A DNA stretch of 64,000 nucleotides from Octopus vulgaris (lineage: Eukaryota): positions 80,166,001 to 80,230,000 of the forward strand of contig OX597821.1 in NCBI GenBank assembly GCA_951406725.2, given 5' to 3'. Both the position numbers and the translations under genes were made by a program. The first letter of the stretch is position 1, and every line of letters begins with the position of its first letter. The notes beneath the pieces are model-generated. The model was not told the DNA's origin and did no database searches. It saw only the letters and a list, made by a program, of their open reading frames with translations. Positions 12,336 through 26,419 of this stretch are shown here, piece by piece.

Positions 12336-13119
12336 ATGCCTGTTTGTTATTAGTATATACATATATATATATATGACGATTAATGTCGAGTCGGAATACA
12401 AAACAAACATTGAAAAGGGGAACCCCCCAAACAGCTACAAACGTCTCCGTAACAACTAAGCCCCAAACAGCTTCATATAAACAACTGGAGGAATGAAAAC
12501 CGTTCTTTTGGACACACACACACACACACACACACATACACAGAAAAATATACTGAGAGACTTCTACTCACACAACAGTCTCACGCTTTTACATTTTCAC
12601 ACACAAACACGCATGCATGAACACTGTAGGGTTGCGTCTCCCATATTTAGAACGGTTAGTTTCTGCAAAAGAGGCTAATGAATCTAACAGCCGAGTCGGG
12701 CAAAGAGCATGGAGAGAATGGTACGGGTGGGCCCCTTCTTGTCGTATTATAGTAATGGTGGTGGTGGTGGTGGTGGTGGTGGTGGAAGTGAATGCAGTGG
12801 TAGTGGTTATTGCTGCAGTGGTAAGAGTTGCCAATTATGGTGGTGGCCGTGATAATTTTGTTGATGGTGTAGTTCGAGGTGGCAGTGGCTGTGGTTACGG
12901 TGCTAGTACTACAAGTGGTGGTGTTTGTATAAGCTCTGGCTTTCGGGGTTTGGGGGGTGGGTTGTGAGGTTGGAATTCATGGTGACAGTAGAGGTGATGG
13001 TGGTGGTGAGGATATTAGATTCTGTCTTAGCCGTAGTAGCTGTGACGGCCGTAGTTTTCTAGTTTAGCTCAAGGTCTTAACTAAAGGAACAGGCCTAGGA
13101 TGAAACGTGTTTCAGTTTT

Positions 13120-13645
13120 ATCTGTTACTCTTTTATTTGTTTCAGTCATTGGAATATGGCCATGCTGGAGCCTTGAAGAATTTTAGTCGAATCAATAGAC
13201 TCCAGTACTTATTTATTTATTTTTTAAGCTTGTTACTTATTCTGCCAGTCACTTTTGCAGAACTGCTAAGTTATGGGAACGGAATCACACCAACACCGGT
13301 CGTCAAGCAGTGGTGTGAGAACAACCTCAGAAACAAAGACGCGCGCGCGCACACACACACACACATATAAATATATATATATATATATATATAAACATGT
13401 AATGGCCCCATGACTACCGTCTATGCCATAACCTTGGAGACCTAGGACCATTTGTAAACTAAACCACCATACTTTGTGTATATATATATATATATATACG
13501 ATAGGCTTTTCTCAGTTTCTGTCTACTCACAAGGCTTTGGTCGGCCGGAGGATATAGTAGAAGACACTTATCCAGTGTCATGCAGTGGGTGTGAATCTGT
13601 AACCCTGTGATTGGGATGCAAACTTCTTACCACACAGCCAAGCCT
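13120..13645 (-). mobile_element. Diverged SINE family A with an internal insertion
   Basis: tttcagtcattgga.tatggccatgctggagc ... cttcttaccacacagcca. Confidence 0.8.
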
Positions 13646-13736
13646 TCCTTATAACTTTTTTTCTCGATCGTTGCGTATAAAGACAAAAGTGTAATATAAG
13701 GACAATTTGGTTACTATCTCTGAGTTTCCATTATAC

Positions 13737-13799
<63 letters not shown>

Positions 13800-14029
13800 C
13801 ATACATGCATACATACATATACATATCCACACACACACACACACACATATAAAAGGAAAACCCAGGTGGGGTTCAAAATTCTCAACAGCTCTTTCGGTAG
13901 CATTTTACTGATGCATTCTTAGATTACATCATGATAAAATCCCACCATCGTCAGGTAAATTTTAAACATATAAACAGGAAAGGTAGAAATAGGAAGAGAC
14001 GAGTTCACCAACAATCATGATAAACAAAT

Positions 14030-14352
14030 GTTCAAATTCCGCCGAGGTCGGCTTTGCCTTTCATCCTTTCGGGGTCCATTAAATAAGTACCAGTTACACA
14101 CTGGCGTCGATATGATCGACTTAATCCGTTTGTCTGTCCTTGTTTGTCCCCGTTGTGTTTAGCCCCTTGTGGGTAGTAAAGAAATAGGTATTTCGTCTGT
14201 CTTTACGTTCTGAGTTAAATTCCACTGAGGTCGACTTTGCTTTTCATCCTTTCGGAGTCGATAAATTAAGTATCAGTTGTGTACTGGGGTCGATCTAATC
14301 AGCTGGCCCCCTCACCCAAAATTTCGGGTCTTTTGCCTAGAGTGGAAAAGGA
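14030..14352 (+). mobile_element. SINE family B, dimeric long form
   Basis: Two B-box/body units separated by the ttaatccgtttgtctgtccttg...aaagaaatag linker also seen at 49440-49690. Confidence 0.85.
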
Positions 14353-15494
14353 TATTTTCGAGGTCTCAGTCTTCCTATTCTGCTCATTTCCACGGTAATA
14401 TATTTTTATTTTCCTATCAAATATTTGATTCGTGGTCTCAGGCTTTGCTTGTCTCTCACTGGTATGGAAAAATTATGTAAATATAAGCAGGGTCTAGTGA
14501 TCATGACTGCAAAGTCTAGTAAGAATGCAAATGCGTATACTCTGAGTATCCGTATGGATTTCTGTGCATCATATATAGTTTTGATGATATTCATCAAGCA
14601 TTTTACACACAGAGACAGAGACACAAATATGCGTATATATTTATTTGTGTATGTGTATGTGTACGTATGCGTGTGCATATATATATATATGTGTGTGTGT
14701 GTTTGTGTGTGTGTGTCTGTGTGCATGTGTGTGTGCATGTCTGTGTGCGTGCGTGAGTGTGTGTGTGTATGTGTGTGAATATATGTATTCATGTAGATCG
14801 GTAGGTGATTATTAGTACAACAAATATTATTAGATTATTAGTAAAACTCTAAAGAGTAATGGACTTATTTGCAAGTTCTCTGTAGACGCGCGCGCGCACA
14901 TACACACACACACACAGATACACATTCACACACATTCACACACACGGGGTGGTGCTCTTTATTTGATTATTTAGCCCTGTAGTGAGTCCCTGTTAGCCTC
15001 CTTAAGTAAGTTGTTAGCTCACATTAAACACACATCACAAACACACAAGCACACAAACAAACACACACACACATACACGCATATAAACACAAACATACAT
15101 TTGCGCGTGCTGATGATGATTGCCCGGATGTTTCAGTAATGGCGGCACACTACAAAGATGTGTGTAAAACGTTTCATTAATAACACAGTTTTGATCGTTC
15201 TAACACACTTCACGCTGCGGTTCTGCCCCAAACATTGAAAGCCGGGTTTGGCGGATTGCGCATATTCTCGATACACTGACTTGTGTGGCAAATAAAGCAT
15301 GGGTTGATAAGAAAGCCGACAGTAAATACAGTAGCATCTTAGATTGTTTGGACATCCCAGTTATAGCCATGCTGGAGCAATGTTTTTAAAGTTGAATTTT
15401 TGTCTTTTGTTAATGAGTTTGCGCATGGCCAAGTATGTAGCTTTTCTGTTGTTTTCTTTGTATATGTGAGAATTAATTTCTATTTGTACGTATA

Positions 15495-15635
15495 CTTAGC
15501 GGTTCGGCAAAAGAGACCGATAGAATAAGTACTAGGCTTACAAAGAATAAGTCCTGGGGTCGATTTCCTCGACTAAAGGCGGTGCTCCAGCATGGCCACA
15601 GTCAAATGACTGAAACAAGTAAATGAGTAAATGAG
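15495..15635 (+). mobile_element. 3' fragment of SINE family A
   Basis: cttagcggttcggcaaaagagaccg...gactgaaacaagtaaatgag. Confidence 0.9.
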
Positions 15636-15667
15636 AAATGAGATACATGATTGTAAGTGTATACATA

Positions 15668-16065
15668 CTCTCTTTTACTCTCTCTTTTACTTGTTTCAGT
15701 CAGTTGACTGCGGCCATGCTGGAGCACCGCTTTTAGTCGAGCAACTCGACCCCGAGACTTATTCTTTGTAAGCCCAGTACTTATTCTATCGGTCTCTTTT
15801 GCCGAACCGCTAGATTACGGGGACATAAACACACCAGCATCGGTTGTCAAGCATGCTAGGGGGACAAACACAGACACACAAACATACACGCACACATATA
15901 TACATATATACGACGGGCTTCTTTCAGTTTCCGTCTACCAAATCCACTCACAAGGCTTTGGTCGGCCCGAGGCTATAGTAGAAGACACTTGCCCAAAGTG
16001 CCATGCAGTGGGACTGAACCCGGAACCATGTGGCTGATAAGCAAGCTACTTACCACACAGCCACT
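15668..16065 (-). mobile_element. SINE family A
   Basis: Near-consensus copy, tail-to-tail with 15495-15635. Confidence 0.9.
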
Positions 16066-16084
16066 AGGACACACACATACACAA

Positions 16085-16158
<74 letters not shown>

Positions 16159-16189
16159 GATGTGAAGTTCTTTTCATATTCCTTCTCAT

Positions 16190-16403
16190 AAGGCGGCCTG
16201 CTGGCAGAAATGTTAGCACACCGGGCGAAATGCTAAGGCGGTATTTCGTCTGTCTTTATGTTCTGAGTTCAAATTCCGCCGAAGTCGATTTTGCCTTTCA
16301 TCTTTTCGGGGTCGATAAATTAAGTGCCTGTCGCGTACTGGGGTCGATCTAATCGACTGGCCCTCTCCCCTAAAATTTCGGGCCTTGTGCCTAGAATAGA
16401 AAA
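16190..16403 (+). mobile_element. SINE family B
   Basis: Full-length; flanked by imperfect TSD t(a/g)ttccttctca. Confidence 0.9.
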
Positions 16404-16884
16404 GTATATATATGTTCCTTCTCAGGATAACTGTCGACCATTGACAACCAGCTCTTCCCTGTGACTCCACAAACGGATCTGTGAAACAAATACACCATCT
16501 CCTTATTCGAAGTGTATTGACCATCGGTGGTCGAGTTTCAGCACCGTTGAGAAATGCGTTCCTCGGCGCACGCGTAGGCACTTAGATTACCTTGGTCAGC
16601 CTGTTGCCTCTAACAACCAACTGCCCGCTCACCTTGTAGTAGTTTTAATATTAGTGGTAGCGATGATGATTTCTCACAAGGCATATTTGAGGATTGGTGG
16701 GAGTGTAGTACATTTTGTTCGCTCCAGTACTTAACTGCTAATGTATTCGATCGATTGCAGGAAGATTAAAATCAAAGATGAGATTGATGTAATTCGAACT
16801 CAGGCTATATACAGACAGAAATATATACCACGTGGTGTCCCACCAATTCTCTAAATTGAGTACTATAGGTGTAGTAGTGGGTGG

Positions 16885-17032
16885 GTGGTAAGTAGCTTGC
16901 TTAACAACCACATGGCTCCGGGTTCAGTCCCACTACATGGCACCTTGGGAAAGTGTCTTCTACAATAGCCTCGGGCCGACCAAAGCCTTTTGAGTAGATT
17001 TGGTAGACGGAAACTGAAAGAGGCCCGTCGTA

Positions 17033-17110
<78 letters not shown>

Positions 17111-17311
17111 TGTGTCTGTGTTTGTCCTCCCAACATCGCTTGACAACCGATGCTGGTGTGTTTACGTCCCCGTAAACTAGCGGTTCGGCAAAGGAGACCT
17201 ATAAAATAAGTACTAGGCTTACAAAGAATAAGTCCTGAGGTCGATTTGCTCGACTAAAGGTGGTGCTCCAGCATGGCCACAGTCAAATGACTGAAACAAG
17301 TAAAAGAGTAA
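16885..17311 (+). mobile_element. SINE family A
   Basis: Near-consensus copy with internal (TA)n(TG)n. Confidence 0.9.
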
Positions 17312-17359
17312 TTATATCTGTCAATCCAAAGCTCTCCCACCATACAGTAATATTTTGTT

Positions 17360-17575
17360 TCAAATCTATGGAACAACGCCAATAATTTTAGGGGAATATA
17401 GTTAAGTCGGTTACGGCGATTCTAGCGCTCGTCTGCTACTTTCATTTATCGATTCTGAAAGGACGAAAGGCAAAGTGGATCCCGGCAGAATTAGAACTAA
17501 GAATGTAGTGACTCGGAAGAAATACGCTTGTTATTTTGTCCAACGTGCTAACGATTTTGCAGCTCGTCGCCTTAA
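17360..17575 (-). mobile_element. Diverged SINE family B
   Basis: gaaaggcaaagtgga...gaact; ctaacgattttgcagctcgtcgcctt. Confidence 0.65.
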
Positions 17576-18832
17576 CCCTACAGAAACATAAATAATTAAT
17601 GCTGTGTGAAAATTTGGTAATAGGGAGTAAAGAATGAAAAACGAGCATTTGAAGAACGGAGATCTATTAGTTGAAGAGAAATGAAGAAAGAAAAGAAGGC
17701 GAAAGATATAAAATATATTTTAAAGATTGACAAATTATGCGTTGTAACACTGTACACTATAATTGTTAAGTATCTGCATTAACAACTACAACATATAGTT
17801 AGTACGTTTTCTTCCGTGCGCACAAATTGTATGTGTATGTGTATGTGTGTGTGTGTACGTGTTTGTGTATGTACGTGTGTATTTGTAGGAATATATAACA
17901 GTTAAGAGGTAATATTCCAAATAAAAGGAAAAAGAAACCATCGTTAATCCCACAGTATCCTTAAATGGGAATTTAATGAATATTTGTAGCAGCGACTATA
18001 AATGCAGCCATGACAACAGATGCATTAAAACTCCATGAAATTACTAAAAGACAAAACAAAACAAAACAAAAGAAATAAAACCGAAAACAAAAACAAAAAC
18101 AAAAATCAAGTATGGATTACATGGCTTCGTGAAGAGCTGAAAGAAGAAAAATGCTTCGAAATAGTTTGAATAACTTCTATATAAAAATATTTGTTTAGAT
18201 TTACTCTTAAATATTCCAGAGATTCTAACCCCCAGAAGAGAACTGGAGAATAACAATCCCGATCTACTTGGATTGTTGTTGTTGTTGTTGTTGTGGTGCT
18301 GGTTGTTCATTCTGCTGTGAGTCCTAATAGGGTAAATGTACGATCAAAGACATTTTAACCGTAACCAGTTTTGTTTCTAGTAGCGGATAAATGTGATCTT
18401 TGTTTTTCGAAAAAGTATTGTGTTAATATGAATGAAGTGTGTTAGCTATTTCCTGAAGGCCCACTGACCACATGTAAACGCACTCTTTGGCAATCAGAAC
18501 CACGCATTTACTCCAAGACTTTACATACAGCATCTACTCGTACAGGACTTAGCAGAAATTGAGTAGGATTTACCGAATTAATCAATATAGGGTGTTACGT
18601 AATGTTTGCCATTCAGAAGACTTGATTTTGTGATTGTCTCCAGAAGAACTAATGAATATGATTGAGATAGACTTCGAGATTCTTAGAAAACACAATCTTG
18701 TCCATAACATTAAAGTGGCCCATTTTTTGTTTTACAATTTTGTGCCAGACAATACTTGAGGATACTGTAGCGCAAGGGACTGCAAAGACGTCCAAAGATG
18801 TCGATTAACAGAATTCTTAAAAGACTGGATAT

Positions 18833-19251
18833 CTCTCTTTTACTCTTTTACTCTTTTAATTGTTTCAATCATTTGACTGCGGCCATGCTGGAGCACCACC
18901 TTTAGTCGAGCAAATCGACCCCGGGACTTATTCTTTGTAAGCCCAGTACTTATTCTATCGGTCTCTTTTGCTGAACCGCTAAGTGACGGGGACGTAAACA
19001 CACCAGCATCGGTTGTCAAGCAATGCTAGGGGGACAAACACAGACACACAAACATATACACACACATATATATATATACATATATACGACAGGCTTCTTT
19101 CAGTTTCCGTCTACCAAATCCACTCACAAGGCATTGGTCGGCCCGGGGCTATAGCAGAAGACACTTGCCCAAGATGCCACGCAGTGGGACTGAACCCGAA
19201 ACGACGTGGTTGGTTAGCAAGCTACTTACCACACAGCCACTCCTACGCCTA
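18833..19251 (-). mobile_element. SINE family A
   Basis: Full-length copy. Confidence 0.9.
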
Positions 19252-19411
19252 TCATAGACCAAAAGGAAAATAAGATGGTGTTTGTGAGGTTCATTGATCA
19301 ACAGTTCGAAGAAAGAACATGCAGGACTTCCGAAAAAAATACTACGAATTATTATATAAAAGTCGAATAAACACACACACACATTTCTATGAAATGTGTA
19401 TATATATCTAA

Positions 19412-19728
19412 TAGGCGTAGGAGTGGCTGTGTGGTAAGTAGCTTGCTTACCAGCCACATGGTTACGGGTTTAATCGCACTGTGTGGCACTTTGGGCAAGT
19501 GTCTTCTACTATAGCCTCGGGCCGACCGAAGCCTTGTGAGTGGATTTGGTAGACGGAAACTGAAAGAAGCCTGTCGTATATATATATATATATATATATG
19601 CATGTGTTTGTCCCCCAACATCGCTTGACAATCGATGCTGGTGTGTTTACGTCCTGGGGTTGATTTGCTCAACTAAAGGCGGTGCTCCAGCATGGCCACA
19701 GTCAAATGACTGAAACAAGTAAAAGAGT
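19412..19728 (+). mobile_element. SINE family A (internally deleted)
   Basis: Head aggcgtaggagtggctgtgtgg; deletion joining gtttacgtcc to tggggttgat; head-to-head with 18833-19251. Confidence 0.9.
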
Positions 19729-20097
19729 ATATCAATGACAACGACCTGCGTTCGAAAAGAAAAGTCTAAGAAGGGAAAAAGACAGCAGAGAGAATATTTC
19801 TGCACCACAGTAAGTGTATGTGTGTGTGTGTGGATATGTGCAGAGAAAAAAAGAGAAGGAGAGAGAGAGAGAGACGCACATATCTACATGCATCCAAACA
19901 TACTAGTATGCATGTGAGCGACGGTTCTAGACAAGCATATATCTTTCGCACCCAATGACCTTTCCATCAAACCTACATAACGCCATGTTTCAACGTTCAA
20001 CAGCATTTTACTTCAACAAGTCATATTCGATGTTGAGAAAGGAACTGCACATAATGTGTGTGTTACTAATACACATACACACACACACACACACAGA

Positions 20098-20158
<61 letters not shown>

Positions 20159-20377
20159 GCACATACATATGCACACCTACCTCTTGCTCTCTTCATCTAT
20201 TTAAATATCTATCTGTCCATCCCCCTTACATCACATAGAAATATCAATTGTGACACCAGTTCTGTCCTGTATAAAGATGATTGCCTTTCAGATGTGTATA
20301 GTGGTGCATCTGTATGCTAACATAGTCGCATATATTCAAATGTGCGGTTGTGCGTATGCATAACCCATATATGCATG

Positions 20378-20462
<85 letters not shown>

Positions 20463-20727
20463 GTTATGTTATGTATATACATACATACACGAATTTATGA
20501 ACTTATGGCTTTATGCATGTTTTTAAGCATGTCTATGTGTGTGTGTTGGTATGCGTATTGGTGTGTTTTGACTGTGTATGTGTGTGTGTGTGTATGTGTC
20601 TATGTGTGTGTTTGTGTATGTAGTAGAAAGAGCTAATGAGTGTTAATACGAATTATTTTAATAGCTATGTGGGTGGGTATTCACTACATCAGATTTAGAT
20701 AGACAGACACACACAGATAGCTAGTAT

Positions 20728-20808
<81 letters not shown>

Positions 20809-20884
20809 ATGAAGAGCTAGCTAGATTAATATATATATATAATATTTATATATATGTATATATATATATATTTATATATGTCTT

Positions 20885-20934
<50 letters not shown>

Positions 20935-21211
20935 CATATATTTATATATATATGTATATTATATATATATATATTTGTATATATATATATGTATATGTAT
21001 ACATATGTATATATACACACACATATTTATATATGTGTATGTAATTATACATGCATATTTATATATGTATATATCTATATATATATGTCTATATGTATAT
21101 ATATTTATATGTCTATATGTATATATATATATGTATATATGTATATATGTAAATATATGTAAATATATGTAAATAAATTTATATATATATATTTAATATA
21201 TATATACATAT

Positions 21212-21377
21212 AGGCGCAGGAGTGGCTGTGTGGTAAGTAGCTTGCTTACCAACCACATGGTTCCGGGTTCAGTACCACTGCGTGGCACCTTGGGGAAGTG
21301 TCTTCTGCTATAGCCTCGGGCCGACCAATGCCTTGTGAGTGGATTTGATAGACGGAAACTGAAAGAAGACCGTCGTA

Positions 21378-21420
<43 letters not shown>

Positions 21421-21622
21421 ATATGTTTGTGTTTCTGTGTTTGTCCCCCCACCATCGCTTGACAACCGATGCTGGTGTGTTTACGTCCCCGTCACTTAGC
21501 GGTTCGGCAAAAAGAGACCGATAGAATAAGTACTGGGCTTACAAAGAATAAGTCCTCGACTAAAGGTGATGCTCCAGCATGGCCGCAGTCAAATGACTGA
21601 AACAAGTAAAAGAGTAAAAGAG
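21212..21622 (+). mobile_element. SINE family A
   Basis: Full-length copy. Confidence 0.9.
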
Positions 21623-21669
<47 letters not shown>

Positions 21670-22399
21670 CTGTTATTAAATTGATAGATAGATTGACACA
21701 AAATACTACAGACTGAAACAAGAGGAGGGAGAAAGAAAGACATCAGATAAACAGAAAGAGAGATAGACAGAATGAGAGAGAGAAAGAGTGAAAGAGAGAG
21801 AAAGAAAGAGAGAAAGAAAGAAAGAGCGAGAAAGAAAGAAAGAAAGTCAGATGGCAGAAATTTAGAAAAAGAAAGAGAAATGGGGGTCAAATTGAGATCA
21901 TAGAACCTAAATAAATTGTTATATTTAATGGAATGAAACCAAAATTTGGCAGCAATTATCGCTCTGCCATTTATTTGTAAAGTGTGTAGAATCTAAGACT
22001 TAAACCAAACAGAAGAGGGACTATATGGGGTATAGGGGGGTGTATGTGTGTGTGGGGGTGAAGCGTTTGTAGAAATGTGTCTCTGTGATGGTAGTCTATA
22101 TATGTTTGTAGAATGTGTGGTCTTGCCTTTGTGTGTGGTGTATGGTGAGATTTGAGAAGGGTGCAGATATATGTGGATCATGTATTCTATGTGTGTATGT
22201 GTACTTTAGGGATGTAAGGAGGTGTGGAAAAAGAGTACGGAGACATGTAACGTTGGAAGATAAGAATGAAGGAAAGTCAGAGGGAAAGCTATGATCTATA
22301 ATTCGTGCAACATTGCACCTATTCAACTTCTCCTTTGTCTCCCGACATCTGCTAACAAATATTGCTAACTAGATCACATGATTACTGACTGCACCTATT

Positions 22400-22801
22400 G
22401 ATGGCGGTGAGGACAATCGTGGTGATGGTGGTGACGGTGGTAGTGCTGCTGCTGGTAGATGTGGTGGTGGCGGTGGTGTTAGGTGGTTGTAATGCTGGTA
22501 GTGTTCATGATGACTGCAGTGTTCGTGATGATGCGGGTGATAGATGTATTAATGGTGATGATGGTGATGATGGCAGTGGTGGCGGATGTGATGGTGTTAA
22601 TGGTGGTGATAACGGTAGCCGTACTAGTAGTTGTGGTGGGGGTAGATGTGGTAATGGTGGTGATGTCATTAGTGGTGGTAGTGGTGGTGGTAGCTGCTGT
22701 GGTTTTTGTTTATGGTATGATGATTGTTGTGGCGGTAGTAGTAGATGTGATGGTAGTGGTGGTAGCAGTAATGCAAATAGTGGTAGTAATAGTGGTGCTA
22801 G

Positions 22802-22854
<53 letters not shown>

Positions 22855-22965
22855 TTGGTGGTGGTGGTGTTGGTGGTAGTAGTAGTTGTTGTCGTAGAGG
22901 TGGTTGTAGTTGTGGTGATGGTGGTCGTAGAGCTGGTGTTAGTGATGTTGTTTACAGTAGTTGAT
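22400..22965. repeat. Degenerate (GGT/GAT/GTA)n trinucleotide low-complexity tract
   Basis: Direct reading; explains ORFs 22398, 22483 and 22710. Confidence 0.9.
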
Positions 22966-23357
22966 TGAGGCGGGAGGTGGGGGTGGCGGAGGAAGGATGG
23001 CGATGAAGAGTCTGGCGGTGGGGACGAGGTCAATATTTCTGGCTGTCAACACCAGCAATGTAGAATGCCAAGTAGTGTTTATGACAGCTGATGATGCAGT
23101 GAGGTGTGGGAGGAGGAGAGATGTGAAGTGAAGTGCTGGTTGTTAACGTTATGACGTTGTTTAGCGTGAGGTTAATTTTTGTTGCTTTTTAAAAGTTTCT
23201 CAAGCCAAACTGCTTGGGAATGGATTTAAGAGACTGGATTAGAGAGCCAGCTAACATCATCGTTCATACAATGCAATAGAAGACGTTAATGTCAAGTCCC
23301 TGGCTCATTCATAAGATGCTTGGTTATCTATCTATCAATCAATCAATCAATCAGTCA

Positions 23358-23421
<64 letters not shown>

Positions 23422-23431
23422 GTCTGGCTGG

Positions 23432-23510
<79 letters not shown>

Positions 23511-23511
<1 letters not shown>

Positions 23512-24076
23512 TGGATTGTTCGGAACGTTCGTGTCGATTTTTAAAGGAAAGAAAAAGGTCAATAAACACTTGCCATGACAATTTTAATCAACTAAATATG
23601 AACCATTTTGTTGCACAATGCGTCTCCATCTTTCCTTTTACTTCAAAATACCCGCTTCCCAGAATTGAGGTGGTTTCATGGCAAACAATTCATCAAGGTA
23701 TCTTTTTACGTCATCCAAGGAATTGAAATTTTTACCATTAAGACTATTCTGCAGAGACCTGAATAAGTGGAAATCTGAAGGAGCAATATCTGGTGAATAT
23801 GGAGGGTGGGGTAACACGTCCCAGCCGAGCTGCAGCAGTTTTTGTCTGGTTCCCAAAGCATCAATTGCCGAAAATGAACTTTCTTATCTTCCATTTTAAA
23901 GGGTTACAGAATTAACACAGGTTATAGGAACATAAACCTTCTTCCACGAAAAGATAGCTTAAACTGTGCTCTAAATGGAGGTGTAGTCAAATTCTATTTT
24001 ATGGGCTCAACCATGTTCTAAAATAAGTCGAAAGGTAAGCTACTATAAATCGGCGCGTACTTTCCGGACAACCCAA
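23511..24076 (-). mobile_element. Internally deleted mariner (DD34D) element with both TIRs
   Basis: ~30-bp imperfect TIRs (ttggattgttcggaacgttcgtgtcgattt / aaatcggcgcgtactttccggacaacccaa) with TA on each side, inserted in (TATC)n; N-terminal MEDKKVHFRQLMLWE joined out of frame to TRQKLLQLGWDVLPHPPYSPDIAPSDFHLFRSLQNSL. Confidence 0.95.
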
Positions 24077-24135
<59 letters not shown>

Positions 24136-24514
24136 AGTCGAATAAGAATGAGAAAGTCCTTGGTCCAATATATTTGAAGAAATGAATAGGAATGGCTTTT
24201 CTGATAGTTTTTCCACTTAGATGATGAAACGTTTATATGCTCACAACAATCGTTTCGGCACATTCTATATCCATACCGCGCGGGTAGGAAACTGTACAAC
24301 TAGTTGTGGTCCATTCCTCGGTACAGAAGCATTTCGTCAAGTGGTGTAATAAGAGCTATCTCGTTAAATGAACTCTGCTTCACTCGGATTTAATATAGCA
24401 TGTTGTTAATGACCGTCGTTTTAAGCCGTTGGGCCACACACACACACATACAAACACACAAACACACACACACACCACACACACTCACATACACATATGA
24501 ATATACATATTCTT

Positions 24515-24656
24515 TCATTTTTTAGTTGTTTGAGTCATGTGACTATGGCCATGCTGGAGCACCGTCTTAAAAGATTTTTAGTCGAACAAATCGACCCCAG
24601 GAATTATTCTTTGTAAGCCATGTACTTATTCTATCGGCGTTTCTGACCGAACCGCT
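24515..24656 (-). mobile_element. 3' fragment of SINE family A
   Basis: tggccatgctggagcaccg...gaaccgcta. Confidence 0.8.
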
Positions 24657-25539
24657 ATATATATATATATATACACACGCATATATGTATATATATATAT
24701 ACATATATAAAAATATACATATATGTGTGTGTGTGTGTATAGTGAGAGATAGATAGAGATACGCGCTTAGACACTTATACAATAACGCGCGGGTACATAT
24801 GCAGAAGTAGGGAAAAAATGGAAGAGAGTTAAGGATAGACAGAGAGAAAGATGAGAATGTCAGTTGGAGAGACTGGCAAGTGATCCAAAATAGACGGACA
24901 GATGCTGAGACTATACAGTGCGGTTGAAAGTTGGATAAAATTTATATCACCCGGTCAGAACTAGTGGAACCGTCGCTGGAATTTTTACATCTCTCTTGCT
25001 GCGTTCTCAAACAAGTTGTTAGCACACACACACATAGTCACACAAACACATATATATGTACATATACACATATGCATGCATAAATGCGCATCCAAACGAA
25101 GACGTGTATGTCAAGTACACATAAGTATATATACATACACATATGCATACACATGCACACAAATACGCAGATATATATATACACGCTCACCACATGATAT
25201 ACACATGTATATATACACGTATATATTCACAAAACACACATTTACACATATATGTGCACTCATATTCAGACACATATCCACACGTGCTGAGACAAATCCA
25301 TAAACAAACATACATATGTATGTATGTGTGTGTATGTGTATACAGACAGACAGTTAGATAGATAAATCGATCGATAGATAGATATACATAGTACTCATCC
25401 CTATATACCATAGCTCATACACTTCCCACTTCATGAAAACAGATCCATACACACATTACACTTTCTCCATATGTTTTGCCTCTTCTTCCCCTTTCATCCT
25501 CATCTCTCCCCAACACTATTTATCTCCACTTGAAGAGCA

Positions 25540-25577
<38 letters not shown>

Positions 25578-25580
<3 letters not shown>

Positions 25581-25762
25581 AGAATTCACAAAAAAAAAGC
25601 AAAAGACGAAGACAGGTGGTGTAGACAACAAGTAGATGTGTTAGTATAACGCTCGGGAAGTGAAAAAGTCTTTAACGTTTCGAACCTATGGAGAAAGGAG
25701 CACAGAAAGAAACAAGGAGAGAAAATAAAGAATGTGTAGTGGCTAGCGATCTATCATGGCGA
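25578..25762 (-). mobile_element. Penelope-type short repeat, hammerhead half deleted
   Basis: Minus strand ...tcgaaacgttaaagactttttcacttcccgagcgttatactaacacat matches 50150-50345 and 62905-63070. Confidence 0.6.
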
Positions 25763-25771
25763 ATATATGTG

Positions 25772-25818
<47 letters not shown>

Positions 25819-26199
25819 ATACATACATGCATATATATATTCCTTTCTCTTGCTCAAACTACTCACCTTCATAACAAGGACAACGATATAACTCATAGCG
25901 TTATACTGTCCACCACCAAAACGCTCACCTCAACAACAGCAACAGAAATGGAATAACAATAACATGAACGTTACCAAAAATGACATTTATAAATTACATC
26001 AATGTAAACAACAAAGCTGCCGCCGCAGCCATCACTACAAACATACTGTCACCGCAGCCATCACAACAAACTCTAAACGAAGTGGTCTACCACTACCACC
26101 ACCAACACCAAATAACATTACTAAGGTTAACATACAAAATTCAAACCTACACCACAATCACATTACAACTGTGGCTAGTACCATAGGTTACTCCACATC

Positions 26200-26405
26200 C
26201 CTGTAAGGAGCAGAGGGCTGCTTCCCTGGTATCGCTGACGTATATATTCTTCCCTGGACACATTCTTATCAGCTTAGTGGACTTGATCAACGTGAAAGGA
26301 AGTCGTTTGTTGAAGTACACGGCGCATCGCTCGGTCTAGGAATCGAAGCCACACTCTTACGATCATGAATCCAAAACCATAATCATGGTGCCATATGCCT
26401 CCATT
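26200..26405 (-). mobile_element. Diverged CORE-like SINE (family D/E)
   Basis: ggtctaggaatcgaagccac..tcttacgatcatga is the reverse complement of the D head. Confidence 0.6.
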
Positions 26406-26419
26406 GCCAGTACCATAGT

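Noticed and set aside
22398-22964. 188-aa Gly/Ser/Cys-rich ORF with a hydrophobic N-terminus
   Set aside because: Degenerate GGT/GTA repeat open in several frames on both strands, with a non-ATG start.
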